Below, in pieces: positions 8,213-17,761 of a DNA stretch of 64,000 nt. The position numbers and the translations under genes were made by a program. The notes beneath the pieces are model-generated. The model was not told the DNA's origin and ran no database searches. It saw only the letters and a list, made by a program, of their open reading frames with translations. Source of the stretch: a virus. Every line of letters begins with the position of its first letter. Within the stretch, counting starts at the first letter, position 1. Where the stretch lies: the IMG/VR virus record IMGVR_UViG_3300037140_000126, positions 60,955 to 124,954 of that record; one strand, 5' to 3'.

Positions 8213-11200
8213 TTACTGATATGAACCTGTATCGCCACCACTGCGGGGATACTTTCCGCGCTTGCCCTTCTGTATTAGCTTCTGTTCGCCAGGCATGTAC
8301 GCGCTATTAGAATCATTAGGACGAGAGAAACCCCTATAACGATCATTGAGGTATTGCTCCACAACCGTGGGCTTGCGCAGGGACTCTTGGAACTTCTTGA
8401 CCTGTCCGCGCTCGTCGGCCTTACTAACTTTCTCGGGCTCTTCTTCACCATCTTGCTCATCCTTTTCTACTTGCTCGAAAAACTCTTTCAGTTCGTCGTT
8501 CAGTTGTTCGAGAACACCGGGCTGCTGTGTCTCCATTTGTTGACCAAGTTCACCCGTCTCAGGCAGCATACCCATCTCTTGGAAATACTGAACTTCTTCA
8601 GGTGTCATCTGCTGAATATCATCAGAGCTGAATTCCCCCTGCCCAATCAAGCTGCCCTGGAAGCCACGCATACCGCCAGAATTTGCCGATGCTGTCGGAG
8701 ACATTGCCCCAGCGCCACCCGTAGGCGGCAAACCGGAACTTACGCCCATACCGCCGCCACCGTTTCCACCTGCTCCAGCGCCACCACCCTGAGGCATTGA
8801 CTTCGCTCTTGCTAGAGCCATCGCTTCTTGGATCAGAATATTCATCATGCCGAATGTCAGCTTGCCCCAGCCATCGGGAAGCGGCGGCTTACCATCAGAC
8901 TCGCGCATTTCATCCGGCAGCAGTGCATTGCTCTGATACTGGCGCTGCTGGATTTGAACTTTCGTAAGCGCATCGGGATCGTCCAGACCCTTAAAGACGA
9001 ATTGCAAATCTTTCCAGCCTAGAAAGCCGTGTAAGAGTTCCCGCGTGAACGCTTCCATCAACCGTGTCGCCATTGGCACGACAGCGGCCTTGAAATCGGA
9101 AATCGACATTATTAAGCCGGTCGATCTATTGACATCCTTTTCCAAACCAAGACTGAACGGGGATAGATCAAATCCGTTCGCAGTACAACGGATCAACATT
9201 TCCTGCCATTCGAGCAGCAAGTCTTGAATCAGGACAGACTGCACCGGGATGACCTCGGGCTTTTTCATGCCCGCAATTAGGCTGACTTTCGCCTGACCTT
9301 CTAGCTCATTCTGAATGTGCCTGCGCACCGTCTGGATGTGCGCTTGATTTTGTGGCTGTTCCCACCACAGGAACGTCTTATGCACTTGATCGGAGCCCGC
9401 TTTACTGGCCATGTCCTGTACGCCGAGTAGCGCATTGACCGTATTGAAAGTAACTTCAAGCTTGCCTAAGCCAAAAGGAGTATTTGCCCTTACATTGTCC
9501 CGGATATAGACCAGTTCATCGGCTAGGAATGCGACAACGCCGCGCTCCCCTTTGAGTCCCGTCATTTGCGCGAAGCGTGGTCGTTCCGTGTTGCTTTCCG
9601 ACCAGTCGGCATAGATGCGGATTGTAGAACCATCCACAGACCACATTTTCATTGGGCGTTTATAGTAGGGCGTCATGCGAGGCTCAATGCAACCATAGCC
9701 ACCGATGATCGTATCTTCCAAAACCGCTTCAGAGAACGTCCGAAACGAGTCCACATTATTAGGATGTTCAAAACAATTCTTGACGATACGAATTCTCTTC
9801 TCCCGTTCTTTCGGGTCGCCCTCATTCTCCATGTCCGGCATAGCCTCAATGTCCCATTTCAGTTGAAGCACAGCATTCTTAATTAGGTTGATTGCCCGAC
9901 GAGGAATTGGGGTTTCACTGAACCTACGGAGATTATAGGGGGTTTGACCACACCATGCGGCCTTGCCATTACGACGAACATAGATAACCCCATCTGGAAC
10001 GCCGACGCAGTAGACCTTACCTGAATACTCCTGTACCTCCACATGCCTTAAACCCGACCACTTGAGGAGATTTTCATAGACACAATAAAATGGCGCACGC
10101 ATTCTGCCACTAGCCATTTTCTTTGACGGTCTGGTATGAAGCGTTCCTCCTGTTCCGAGCTTAATCAGAATTTCCTGAATGTCGTTTGCAAGCCGCTGAC
10201 TTGCGGTCGCAAACATTCGTGTTCGTTGAAACGATCCATCGCCAATCCAAAACCAGTGTAGCAAGATTTTGAGATACTTTGGCGGAAGATTTTTTACCCA
10301 AGTGGGCACATACTTTGTATAAGTATTGCCAAGCGGATGTAGCTTCTCATGCAGGGCTTTACTCTGAATGCGGAAACCGCGCTTACGCAATTGGACATGG
10401 AATGGCAAACGCCCAAGCAACTCGGCAATTGCTGTATAGCTTTCACTCTTGCGCTCCTGTGCTATGCCAACAGTCCACATCATCCCTACAGAACGATTAA
10501 ATTCTTGGTTTGATCCATCGGCAGCGGCGGCAATTGCTTGAACATACAAAGGCCTAGAATCCACGTCCGCATCTTTCTCCATACCAGCAAATGCAGATTC
10601 ACAGTGGCCCTCAGCTAGATACAGTCCTAGAAAGGCAACCCAATCCTCAAGCAGAACGGTGTAATCTTCCGGGTGACGACCGCCCTTGTCGCTGCATCGT
10701 TCAGTCTTAATAGTTACAGATTCAAACGGAATCTTCCCAATCCATGCTTTAGAAGTAAGGGGAACCTCGAATCGTACAAACCCATGGCCGTCCCCATTTG
10801 CTATGTGCTCTGCTACATCCTTCGCAAATTGAAACCCTTTTTTGTCTTTGGCAAATGCACCACTATTTCCTTTCGGTCCTGCCCAACGAACAGATCGGCC
10901 ATACATGCGATGGTGTGGCGTAACCAAAAAGTCCAAGCACTTGCCAGTCAGGTGCACCATCGGGCCAGAGTAATCAACAACCATAAATTTCTTGGCGTGC
11001 TGCCAGTGAATCTCACCATTCTTACTACGCGTAGCATATAAATCATCTGGACGAGCTTCTGGCCATGGCACCCAGCCTCGCTTTGTGAGTACCTGTGTAT
11101 CGGCAGAGAAGCAATTTTTCAAAATCGGTTGGTTCAACCTATGGAGCGCCTCTGGCAAATAGGGATATTGCCAGGTTCTCCGATCCACAATGTCAAATTG

Positions 11201-11392
11201 CCCATCGCGGACCGCTTGAATCTCTTGCGTGTGCCGCTGCTTGACAAGCCCCCATTGTTCACCGGGGGTAGCGGACAGTTCTTGGGAATGGGCATTTGAC
11301 ATTACGCGGACAATTTCTTGCGTGCGGAAGTGCCTCGCAGCACGCGCTTCCAGGTCCCTGTGGAACTGCCTGATTGCCTCAAGAATCGCCAT
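8213..11392 (-). CDS. Portal protein containing an intein
   Basis: Extein: NLRRFSETPIPRRAINLIK...DGSTIRI...ELVYIRDN..FGLGKLE portal-like; Gly/acidic C-tail. Confidence 0.85.
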   Translation of the reverse strand: MAILEAIRQFHRDLEARAARHFRTQEIVRVMSNAHSQELSATPGEQWGLVKQRHTQEIQAVRDGQFDIVDRRTWQYPYLPEALHRLNQPILKNCFSADTQVLTKRGWVPWPEARPDDLYATRSKNGEIHWQHAKKFMVVDYSGPMVHLTGKCLDFLVTPHHRMYGRSVRWAGPKGNSGAFAKDKKGFQFAKDVAEHIANGDGHGFVRFEVPLTSKAWIGKIPFESVTIKTERCSDKGGRHPEDYTVLLEDWVAFLGLYLAEGHCESAFAGMEKDADVDSRPLYVQAIAAAADGSNQEFNRSVGMMWTVGIAQERKSESYTAIAELLGRLPFHVQLRKRGFRIQSKALHEKLHPLGNTYTKYVPTWVKNLPPKYLKILLHWFWIGDGSFQRTRMFATASQRLANDIQEILIKLGTGGTLHTRPSKKMASGRMRAPFYCVYENLLKWSGLRHVEVQEYSGKVYCVGVPDGVIYVRRNGKAAWCGQTPYNLRRFSETPIPRRAINLIKNAVLQLKWDIEAMPDMENEGDPKEREKRIRIVKNCFEHPNNVDSFRTFSEAVLEDTIIGGYGCIEPRMTPYYKRPMKMWSVDGSTIRIYADWSESNTERPRFAQMTGLKGERGVVAFLADELVYIRDNVRANTPFGLGKLEVTFNTVNALLGVQDMASKAGSDQVHKTFLWWEQPQNQAHIQTVRRHIQNELEGQAKVSLIAGMKKPEVIPVQSVLIQDLLLEWQEMLIRCTANGFDLSPFSLGLEKDVNRSTGLIMSISDFKAAVVPMATRLMEAFTRELLHGFLGWKDLQFVFKGLDDPDALTKVQIQQRQYQSNALLPDEMRESDGKPPLPDGWGKLTFGMMNILIQEAMALARAKSMPQGGGAGAGGNGGGGMGVSSGLPPTGGAGAMSPTASANSGGMRGFQGSLIGQGEFSSDDIQQMTPEEVQYFQEMGMLPETGELGQQMETQQPGVLEQLNDELKEFFEQVEKDEQDGEEEPEKVSKADERGQVKKFQESLRKPTVVEQYLNDRYRGFSRPNDSNSAYMPGEQKLIQKGKRGKYPRSGGDTGSYQ
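9944..11113 (-). mobile_element. Intein (390 aa) with LAGLIDADG endonuclease
   Basis: Starts CFSADT, block B VTPHHRM, FLGLYLAEGH and FWIGDGS motifs, ends VYCVGV...RRNGKAAWCGQ followed by T. Confidence 0.9.
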
Positions 11393-11468
11393 CTAGCGAG
11401 AAAGTGTATAATAGTGCACAAAGTCGCTAAAACAACTTAGCAATTAAATCTGGCGGGGATTTAACTTG

Positions 11469-11600
11469 TCAGTACCAATACCCATACCTATGTCGCCATG
11501 TAATTTTTCTTATTACCCATAACGGAAACCAGATAGGAAATAAAACCACAGCAAAAATAATCATGATCGCTGTGGTAAGAGATTCAAGGATTTCGTGCAA
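11469..11600 (-). CDS. Small membrane peptide (43 aa, TTG start; not in track)
   Basis: MHEILESLTTAIMIIFAVVLFPIWFPLWVIRKITWRHRYGYWY; GAGGGG upstream. Confidence 0.45.
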   Translation of the reverse strand: MHEILESLTTAIMIIFAVVLFPIWFPLWVIRKITWRHRYGYWY

Positions 11601-11607
11601 TATCCCC

Positions 11608-12252
11608 TCACTCATCGAAGTCTACCTCACGCTTGACTGGATACTGAATTGTTGGCTTGCGGGGCTTTTCTTTCGGCGCATCTTTCGAAGCCCGAATCTT
11701 CTGAAGCACATCATCAGGAATTGGCACTCCCGGACTGTTAGCATCAGGCCAGTAATATGGAGGCACATGAATCACGGTACCACTCACCGCATTTAGATTC
11801 GTCACTAGAGCACTTGGAGGGGGCAGCAAATCGGATTCAACTACAGGTAAGACGTGATCGAAGTAGGACATAAGATTACCAGCGTCATCGGGCATAGCCA
11901 CACCACGAAGATAAACATCATCACAGTCTTTGTTGCACGACACAGTGTAACAATTTTCCAATAGAATCGACTTATATTTGAAAGTGTCTCCCCCCGCAAC
12001 CAAAAGAAGTTGTAGCTTGCTGTATGGAAGGCTAAGCAAGTTGTTTCTGTCTTGCGTGTGCACGCCAATAAGTTTGCCGCACCATGCAATTTGTTTCAAT
12101 CCAGAGGTATACTGTGCACGGACTGCACCACGGTAGCCAACACGAACTTCACGAATGTCTTGCTGGATTGTCACATCTGCCAGCGTAGCAATGACAGAGC
12201 GTTCTGGCCCTGTCACGAGATAGCCTAGTGAAGAATTACTCTCTGAAGACAC
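11608..12252 (-). CDS. Protein with tail-tube-like segment
   Basis: IREVRVGYRGAVRAQY vs IGQVRSGYRGAVRAQY in ORF 1-420. Confidence 0.55.
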   Translation of the reverse strand: MSSESNSSLGYLVTGPERSVIATLADVTIQQDIREVRVGYRGAVRAQYTSGLKQIAWCGKLIGVHTQDRNNLLSLPYSKLQLLLVAGGDTFKYKSILLENCYTVSCNKDCDDVYLRGVAMPDDAGNLMSYFDHVLPVVESDLLPPPSALVTNLNAVSGTVIHVPPYYWPDANSPGVPIPDDVLQKIRASKDAPKEKPRKPTIQYPVKREVDFDE

Positions 12253-12254
12253 CG

Positions 12255-12623
12255 CTACCTCTCCTGTAAATCAACAATAAATCCCTTGTCCTTGAGTCGC
12301 CGCACGACGTACTCGCCCGCAGCACTCTTTGCGTCGATACCCCCTAACTGAAGTGCAAAACTAGTCGTCAGCATCCCAGACTGGCCGTGACGACGTAGCT
12401 TGTGTGGCCCATCGGGCTTAATAATAAGCTGTTTCTTTCCTATATCCACAGTCACTTGGAAGGTTTTCGCAATGCACAAATCTGGGGACAGCCGAAGCAG
12501 TCCTGCAGGCAGCACCCTAACAGTTCCTTTCGTCGCTTGTGGGCGTCCTACCCTTCTAGGTTCTGTTTTAATAATCGCCATAGTACCTCTTTTCGTTAGT
12601 TCACAGAACGTGCATGCGAGCAC
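12255..12623 (-). CDS. AbrB-like small DNA-binding protein (tentative)
   Basis: FQVTVDIGKKQLIIKP beta pattern; start may be internal (MAIIK). Confidence 0.4.
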   Translation of the reverse strand: MLACTFCELTKRGTMAIIKTEPRRVGRPQATKGTVRVLPAGLLRLSPDLCIAKTFQVTVDIGKKQLIIKPDGPHKLRRHGQSGMLTTSFALQLGGIDAKSAAGEYVVRRLKDKGFIVDLQER

Positions 12624-12847
12624 TCGGGCTCGTACTCGCTCATCAGTTTGATAACCTCACTATAGTACTGCGGATGCTGTTCGCAGTACGACTCGATACA
12701 GTGTTTACCAGCAAGCCGCACGGGTGCGTACTTGGCAGGATAGTGTTCACAAGCCCAAAAGAATGCCAAACCCGCCCGATACTCAAAACGGGCGGCTATG
12801 TACTTCGCGTCCTCAATCTCACCACCACATTCAGTACACGTCACCAT
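12596..12847 (-). CDS. Cys-rich hypothetical protein
   Basis: CTEC, CEH, CxxxxC; GAGGAAG RBS. Confidence 0.55.
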   Translation of the reverse strand: MVTCTECGGEIEDAKYIAARFEYRAGLAFFWACEHYPAKYAPVRLAGKHCIESYCEQHPQYYSEVIKLMSEYEPECSHARSVN

Positions 12848-12921
12848 GTCTTCCTCCTCACTTGGAATCTCTACTCAACCAAAACACACCTGCTGTGTAC
12901 CACAAAAAAGAGGTGGATGGA

Positions 12922-13113
12922 TCATAGCTCTTTTCCCAGAAAGAATGAGCAATGACAGCAATAGACATAATAAAACATAGAATTGCTAACACTGTATTCA
13001 TTTCGCGCTCCTTCGGGGCCCGAAGACAGCGTGCTGATTTTCGCCGAGATAGTCAGCTTGTCGGCTTTGGACAATTGCTCTGCGAGCAGCACGCGGTATC
13101 GGATTGGCTTCAT
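12922..13113 (-). CDS. Hypothetical protein
   Basis: ATGA overlap with upstream gene. Confidence 0.4.
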   Translation of the reverse strand: MKPIRYRVLLAEQLSKADKLTISAKISTLSSGPEGARNEYSVSNSMFYYVYCCHCSFFLGKEL

Positions 13114-13334
13114 GAAGCTATCTTGCGCATATCAATCTCCACGATGCGGGCAGAGACAAGCCGTACTGCACTCTTTGCGGCGTTCTGACTCATGCAATTC
13201 GTGCACAGTTTCACATCGTCTTTGCCCCAACCGTCACGATGGCCGGGATTCACACGCGTCCACAGCCGTAAACGGTTCGAGCGGAAGTAGGTCTTGCCAC
13301 AGCGGCTACATTGTCGGTCAGGCTTTCTACGCAT
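13110..13334 (-). CDS. Zn-ribbon protein
   Basis: CSRC...CTNC. Confidence 0.55.
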   Translation of the reverse strand: MRRKPDRQCSRCGKTYFRSNRLRLWTRVNPGHRDGWGKDDVKLCTNCMSQNAAKSAVRLVSARIVEIDMRKIAS

Positions 13335-13725
13335 GTTTCACCCCCGAGTGCATCTTCCTGCGGTGGATGGACAACGACATGGGCGACTTGAATGGTTTGC
13401 CATGCTTGTCGGTAGTTGTATTGCAGACATCGCAGCGTAACGCGGGGCGTGGGGTGTTCTTGGAATGGGCTTCCCGCTTGTGTGCACTTAAAGATGCTTT
13501 ACTGAGAAATGGTCCGTGTGCTCCCTCCATTGCGCCGCATACATCGCAACGCAGAGACTTGCTTGATTTCTCTGCTTCCGCGTCATGATTGAAACCATTT
13601 CTGGTCAGGAATTGCAGTCCGACATCGCCCGCTGCCGTAGTAATCATTAGGGTCTTGCCTTTCTGCAAGCGTGCTACTTCGTGGTCCTCCAGCAAAATAA
13701 TCTGCTTCATTATCCTACTCCTCAC
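13327..13725 (-). CDS. Tandem C2H2 zinc-finger protein
   Basis: CDVC...FLSKASLSAHKREAH and CDVC...FKSPMSLSIHRRKMH. Confidence 0.75.
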   Translation of the reverse strand: MRSRIMKQIILLEDHEVARLQKGKTLMITTAAGDVGLQFLTRNGFNHDAEAEKSSKSLRCDVCGAMEGAHGPFLSKASLSAHKREAHSKNTPRPALRCDVCNTTTDKHGKPFKSPMSLSIHRRKMHSGVKHA

Positions 13726-13988
13726 GTTTTAGATTTTACTGCTACCAAGAACTCCCTAGTTTTCGTGCTCAACCCGTAATAACCATTAATTTTGGGCAAC
13801 CTGTGTTTAAGTGCGATTGCTTCATGATACTTAATGGCCAAATCCAATGCATCGAGTGCATCATCTGTACCCATAACTTCCAGGTTCAGACCAATAAACA
13901 CCGCCTTCTTCCAGAGTCTCAAACTTTCAGCGGCCTCTTTCTTCGTCGCATAAACCTTCGTTCCCTTATAGTTTCCCATGATCCTCAC
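13722..13988 (-). CDS. Hypothetical protein
   Basis: Overlapping stop/start with neighbours. Confidence 0.5.
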   Translation of the reverse strand: MRIMGNYKGTKVYATKKEAAESLRLWKKAVFIGLNLEVMGTDDALDALDLAIKYHEAIALKHRLPKINGYYGLSTKTREFLVAVKSKT

Positions 13989-14536
13989 GCTTCAGCTACT
14001 GGTACATCTTGCACGACAACTTTTGCTGTACTGCCATTCTTGCTAAGAAACACAAGCCTTACTTTGTCTCCGTTCGTTTCGATCTTGAACGGGCGTTCCG
14101 CTTTCGAACCTGTCCGCCCCAATACGGTTAAGAAATAACCAACGCTGTCTTTTGCGCGATTCTTATACTTTTTGAAACTGTCCTTCACGTGCCATTTCTC
14201 GTCGAGCATCACGGACAACATTTTCTCAGGCATCGTGCCAGGCCGTGCGATCCCCAGCACCATATCAGACTTCGCTTTAACGATTTGTTCAGCGGGTGGC
14301 TCTTTCGGCTCACGTATCTTAATCTTGGTCATAGGCTCTTCCGAGTCCCGGCACTCGCGGGAGCAGAAGACGGCACCGGAACGGCGACCGAGAAAGCTTA
14401 CATAGGAGATTATATTTTTGCAGCCCGAACGGTCGCAGCGCTCACTTACGTATATGCCACGTGCTTTCAGTTGCGTTTGGTCAGCTTGGGTTAGTTGTGC
14501 CATATCGTTAGTCTTGTTTCTTCCTCCAGAGAACAC
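13985..14536 (-). CDS. Zn-binding plus winged-helix-like protein (paralog of 18183-18617)
   Basis: CDRSGC, FCSREC; KDSVGYFLTVL...RPFKIE..GDKVRLVFL. Confidence 0.6.
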   Translation of the reverse strand: MFSGGRNKTNDMAQLTQADQTQLKARGIYVSERCDRSGCKNIISYVSFLGRRSGAVFCSRECRDSEEPMTKIKIREPKEPPAEQIVKAKSDMVLGIARPGTMPEKMLSVMLDEKWHVKDSFKKYKNRAKDSVGYFLTVLGRTGSKAERPFKIETNGDKVRLVFLSKNGSTAKVVVQDVPVAEA

Positions 14537-14608
14537 AGGCGTAGTCTACCGATAATATGGCCGAAAGAACTAATACAGCCCAAAGAAATATGTGTGCCCT
14601 AAAGAATG

Positions 14609-14881
14609 TCATGTGGCACCACGCTTCGCCTTATCCTCAGTATGCCAAGGACCATCAAGATTTTCTGGCTCAACCCCATTAACTTTCAGGAGTGCACGGG
14701 TTTCCCTGAGCCAACGGAGTCGGTGTTCCGGCGCGGCGGCGTCCATAAACATATTGGTGTGGGGTGTACCTATCATAGATTCAGCCGACCGGAGTCTTTC
14801 CAGTGCTTCGTCAAGCCGTTCAGCCAGTTTATTTTCGTCAAGCAATTCAGGCGGTGCTTTTTCAATCGGAACCGTTTTCAT
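14609..14881 (-). CDS. Hypothetical helical protein
   Basis: 90-aa ORF overlapping upstream stop. Confidence 0.5.
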   Translation of the reverse strand: MKTVPIEKAPPELLDENKLAERLDEALERLRSAESMIGTPHTNMFMDAAAPEHRLRWLRETRALLKVNGVEPENLDGPWHTEDKAKRGAT

Positions 14882-15285
14882 GCCGCACCTCGCTTCGCCA
14901 TTGCTTCGGCTTCATAGTCGGGGTTGACAGCGGGCAGCAGCATCGGCGTGTGGACAACGGGCGCTTCGTTTTCGATGCTCAGTTGGTATTTCCGCCATGC
15001 TTTGCCAAGCTGATCCTTGGCGAGTTTAACGAATTCATCTTTCCATGAAATCGTCCGGCGTTCTTGGTAAGTCAGGGTCAACAGATACGGCCCGCGACTT
15101 GGACATTTGAGGCCCTCTTTGAACCCGGCAATCAGCTCTTCCCGCAACACAGACTTCTGCTCTTCCAATTTCTTGATCTCGGCAGCAATCTGTGCGTAAC
15201 GTGTCACTTGCTCTTGGTCTAGGTATTTCATCGAATCGTCCTCCTCACAGAGATTACTTACACACTCAATATACAATATTCGCAC
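14878..15285 (-). CDS. Coiled-coil hypothetical protein (real start probably MKYLDQE near 15231)
   Basis: GAGGAGG RBS precedes the internal ATG; annotated start overlaps promoter. Confidence 0.55.
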   Translation of the reverse strand: MRILYIECVSNLCEEDDSMKYLDQEQVTRYAQIAAEIKKLEEQKSVLREELIAGFKEGLKCPSRGPYLLTLTYQERRTISWKDEFVKLAKDQLGKAWRKYQLSIENEAPVVHTPMLLPAVNPDYEAEAMAKRGAA

Positions 15286-15296
15286 AATATTGTCAA
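15268..15296 (-). promoter_or_regulatory. Sigma70-type promoter with palindromic operator
   Basis: TTGACA-atattgtgcgaatattg(17)-TATATT; CAATATT-N5-AATATTG. Confidence 0.8.
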
Positions 15297-15300
15297 GTGC

Positions 15301-16224
15301 CTATTTTTCATTATCGAGCGCCGTCCACGCACTCCCTGGTACGCGCATTTCTTCCAGCATGGTAAACGCCTGTTTTGTGCTCCACACAATTTGCGCCGGC
15401 TCCGCGACTGCTGGATCGACGTGGATCGGCATCACGAATGGATTGGACCATGGACACGCATAGTGCAGTCCAAGACACATCGGGTAATAAAGAATCTGCG
15501 GTACTTTTTGTGATCCTGCAAGATGCGACAGGCCGTTATCTACAGTCACAGCTAGGTAAATCCTGTGCTCTTTCATCGCCCGGGCAAGTGCTCGCAGCGG
15601 CATCCCAGTAAGGTATTCTTCCTCAGAAAAACCTAGTTCGTCTGCCCGTTCGTCTGCGCTTCCAGTTACGCGAATCGGTTTGTTGAGTGTCCGTAGAAAG
15701 CGCAGAATTGGCTTCCACTTTACCCACGGCAGGCACTTGTTCGGCGGTTTGCCATCGTGACTCGAACACGACCGTGAAAACGGTGCAATCAAAATTGCGT
15801 CTTGCGGAACTCGGGATACCCATTCGTTGTCCTCCTCATTGTATGGCGGGTCGTAAAATGGCCCTAGGTCTGCCGCAGAATCGCCAAGTTTGACACCGAG
15901 CAAATCTGCATAGCCCTGTGCCAAGTGGCACTTCTTTTGATTGCAAATCTCAAAGGCCTTGTTTACGTTGAAATTGAATTCGAAGTCGTATTCAATCGTG
16001 ACAGGAACCTTCGGGAGCCCGATGTAAGCAACTTTTACCTCGTCCATTCTACCAAATACAACTTTCAGTGGCACACCCATTCCACGGTATAGTTCCGCCA
16101 CTGCGTTGTTGTCCGTTAGCATGTCGATTTCATACTCGGGATGACTGCGGTGCCAGGCACGCAATGCGGCTGATATGCAAAGTGCGTCACCTATGAGATT
16201 GTGGGATTCAAATAAGGCCCTCAT
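15301..16224 (-). CDS. Glycosyltransferase family 9-like (heptosyltransferase fold)
   Basis: IGDALC N-motif; ILIAPFS...NKC; VTVDNGLSHLAG. Confidence 0.8.
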   Translation of the reverse strand: MRALFESHNLIGDALCISAALRAWHRSHPEYEIDMLTDNNAVAELYRGMGVPLKVVFGRMDEVKVAYIGLPKVPVTIEYDFEFNFNVNKAFEICNQKKCHLAQGYADLLGVKLGDSAADLGPFYDPPYNEEDNEWVSRVPQDAILIAPFSRSCSSHDGKPPNKCLPWVKWKPILRFLRTLNKPIRVTGSADERADELGFSEEEYLTGMPLRALARAMKEHRIYLAVTVDNGLSHLAGSQKVPQILYYPMCLGLHYACPWSNPFVMPIHVDPAVAEPAQIVWSTKQAFTMLEEMRVPGSAWTALDNEK

Positions 16225-16873
16225 TTAGCCTCCCTAATCGCAACCTAGTCACACAGAACAAAATAGCGCGACCGCCTCTACTCGGACGCCTGAGTTTACG
16301 CAAAGCTTTTGCCTCAATCTGCCGAACACGCTCCTTGGTAATGGTCGGCCCTATAGTCTGAACTTTTTCAACAAATTTAGGTTGGTCACCAATATGGTCA
16401 TAACCGTCGTAATATTTTACTACCACCTTCACGACACCCTCTTTTGGCGCATCCGGATGCCTGCTCCTGATATGTGAACCGGTCTCGTCAAGTGTCAGTA
16501 CCTTTCCATTGAGAAGTCCAAAGCGCAGCACGATAACCTTCCGCTCAACACGCGTCAGTCCATCAAGACCTGAGAGCACAGCCATACACAAAGCATCATA
16601 CTCAATAGTGTCTTTTGTAAGCTGCTTAAAAGTTGGGGGTTTAGTAAAAGGCTCACAAGCAATGCGGCATGCGAGTTTCAAATAACAACTGAGTCTTTCC
16701 AACCGATCCTTTTTCTTTTGCCGGTACTGCCTAGCCTTTTCACGCGTTACTGAGGCTTTCCGTTGCCATTCCTCATGTATGCGTTCGTCTTCTTGTATTC
16801 CCATCAAATCGTCATGAACCCAAGGACAATCTTGTACAGTTACCCTCTTCCTCATCATTGTCATCATCCTCAC
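16208..16873 (-). CDS. Sigma70 region-4 HTH protein with insertion
   Basis: LTRVERKVIVLRFGL...TLDETG...ITKERVRQIEAKALRKLR. Confidence 0.8.
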   Translation of the reverse strand: MRMMTMMRKRVTVQDCPWVHDDLMGIQEDERIHEEWQRKASVTREKARQYRQKKKDRLERLSCYLKLACRIACEPFTKPPTFKQLTKDTIEYDALCMAVLSGLDGLTRVERKVIVLRFGLLNGKVLTLDETGSHIRSRHPDAPKEGVVKVVVKYYDGYDHIGDQPKFVEKVQTIGPTITKERVRQIEAKALRKLRRPSRGGRAILFCVTRLRLGRLNEGLI

Positions 16874-16882
16874 GTAGAAAAT

Positions 16883-17083
16883 TTATTTCTCCCGTTCGAA
16901 TACACTAGGCACGATGGGCTGATAGTCTTCAACGTACCGCACGAGCCACGCGGACAGTTGTGCCAATCGTTCGGTAAAGAACGCAAGTGGTAGCACAATA
17001 AGCAGCAAAAACGCCTTCGTGATTGTCAGCAGCAATACCCAGCATTCATCATGCAGATTTTCGATTGAGTAGTTTTCTGTCAT
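16883..17083 (-). CDS. Small membrane protein
   Basis: One hydrophobic segment. Confidence 0.5.
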   Translation of the reverse strand: MTENYSIENLHDECWVLLLTITKAFLLLIVLPLAFFTERLAQLSAWLVRYVEDYQPIVPSVFEREK

Positions 17084-17264
17084 TTTGAACGCCTTTCTCC
17101 TTGTCGGTCAGGCCCTTCAATGTGGACTCGGGGTACTTTATTGGCCACATATCGCCCTCCAACTCGACCCAAATCTTTCCATCCTTAACGTCAATACGCT
17201 TAACCCAACCAAACTGAGCGTAAGCATTTTTTACTACTTGCCCTACGCTAAACTTGCTCTTCAT
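17049..17264 (-). CDS. SH3/KOW-like small protein
   Basis: KFSVGQVVK...GWVKRID...IWVEL. Confidence 0.5.
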   Translation of the reverse strand: MKSKFSVGQVVKNAYAQFGWVKRIDVKDGKIWVELEGDMWPIKYPESTLKGLTDKEKGVQNDRKLLNRKSA

Positions 17265-17751
17265 TTCTTTCTCCCCTTCTTTTCATCATGGGTTTCAATG
17301 CTTCAGTTACAGCCGAAAGGAGACCATCTCGAATATCAGAGTCCGTCCAGTCTTCAATAGAGTCTCTAAGTTCATCCAATTTGTTTTCCAAAGTCTCCAC
17401 AAGACGATTCAATCGTATTTCCGACTTTCCTTGGTCATGTAACCGTAATTTTTCTGAAATAATTTCGGCGATTGCTTCAAAGTCTTTCTTGCCGAGCATG
17501 AAGGCAAGGTCAGTGTCCGTGTTATCCTCAAAGTGGTCTTTGGCATTTTCACCGTCGCATTCGTCGCAATAGGGTTCACCAACTTGGTTTATCAACAGGC
17601 CACAGTCGCTGCCACCCCATTTAAGAATTACCGGCATCCTCATAGCGATGCCTTCATCTTCTTCATGATGTGGGCACAACTGCTCAAGTCGAATTTCGCT
17701 TCGTATTTGAACTTCTTTTTCTTGTTTCGTTTTCATAACCCTACTCCTCAC
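17248..17751 (-). CDS. Hypothetical protein
   Basis: 167 aa, CDEC, coiled-coil C-terminus. Confidence 0.55.
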   Translation of the reverse strand: MRSRVMKTKQEKEVQIRSEIRLEQLCPHHEEDEGIAMRMPVILKWGGSDCGLLINQVGEPYCDECDGENAKDHFEDNTDTDLAFMLGKKDFEAIAEIISEKLRLHDQGKSEIRLNRLVETLENKLDELRDSIEDWTDSDIRDGLLSAVTEALKPMMKRRGERNEEQV

Positions 17752-17761
17752 GGTTTAGATT

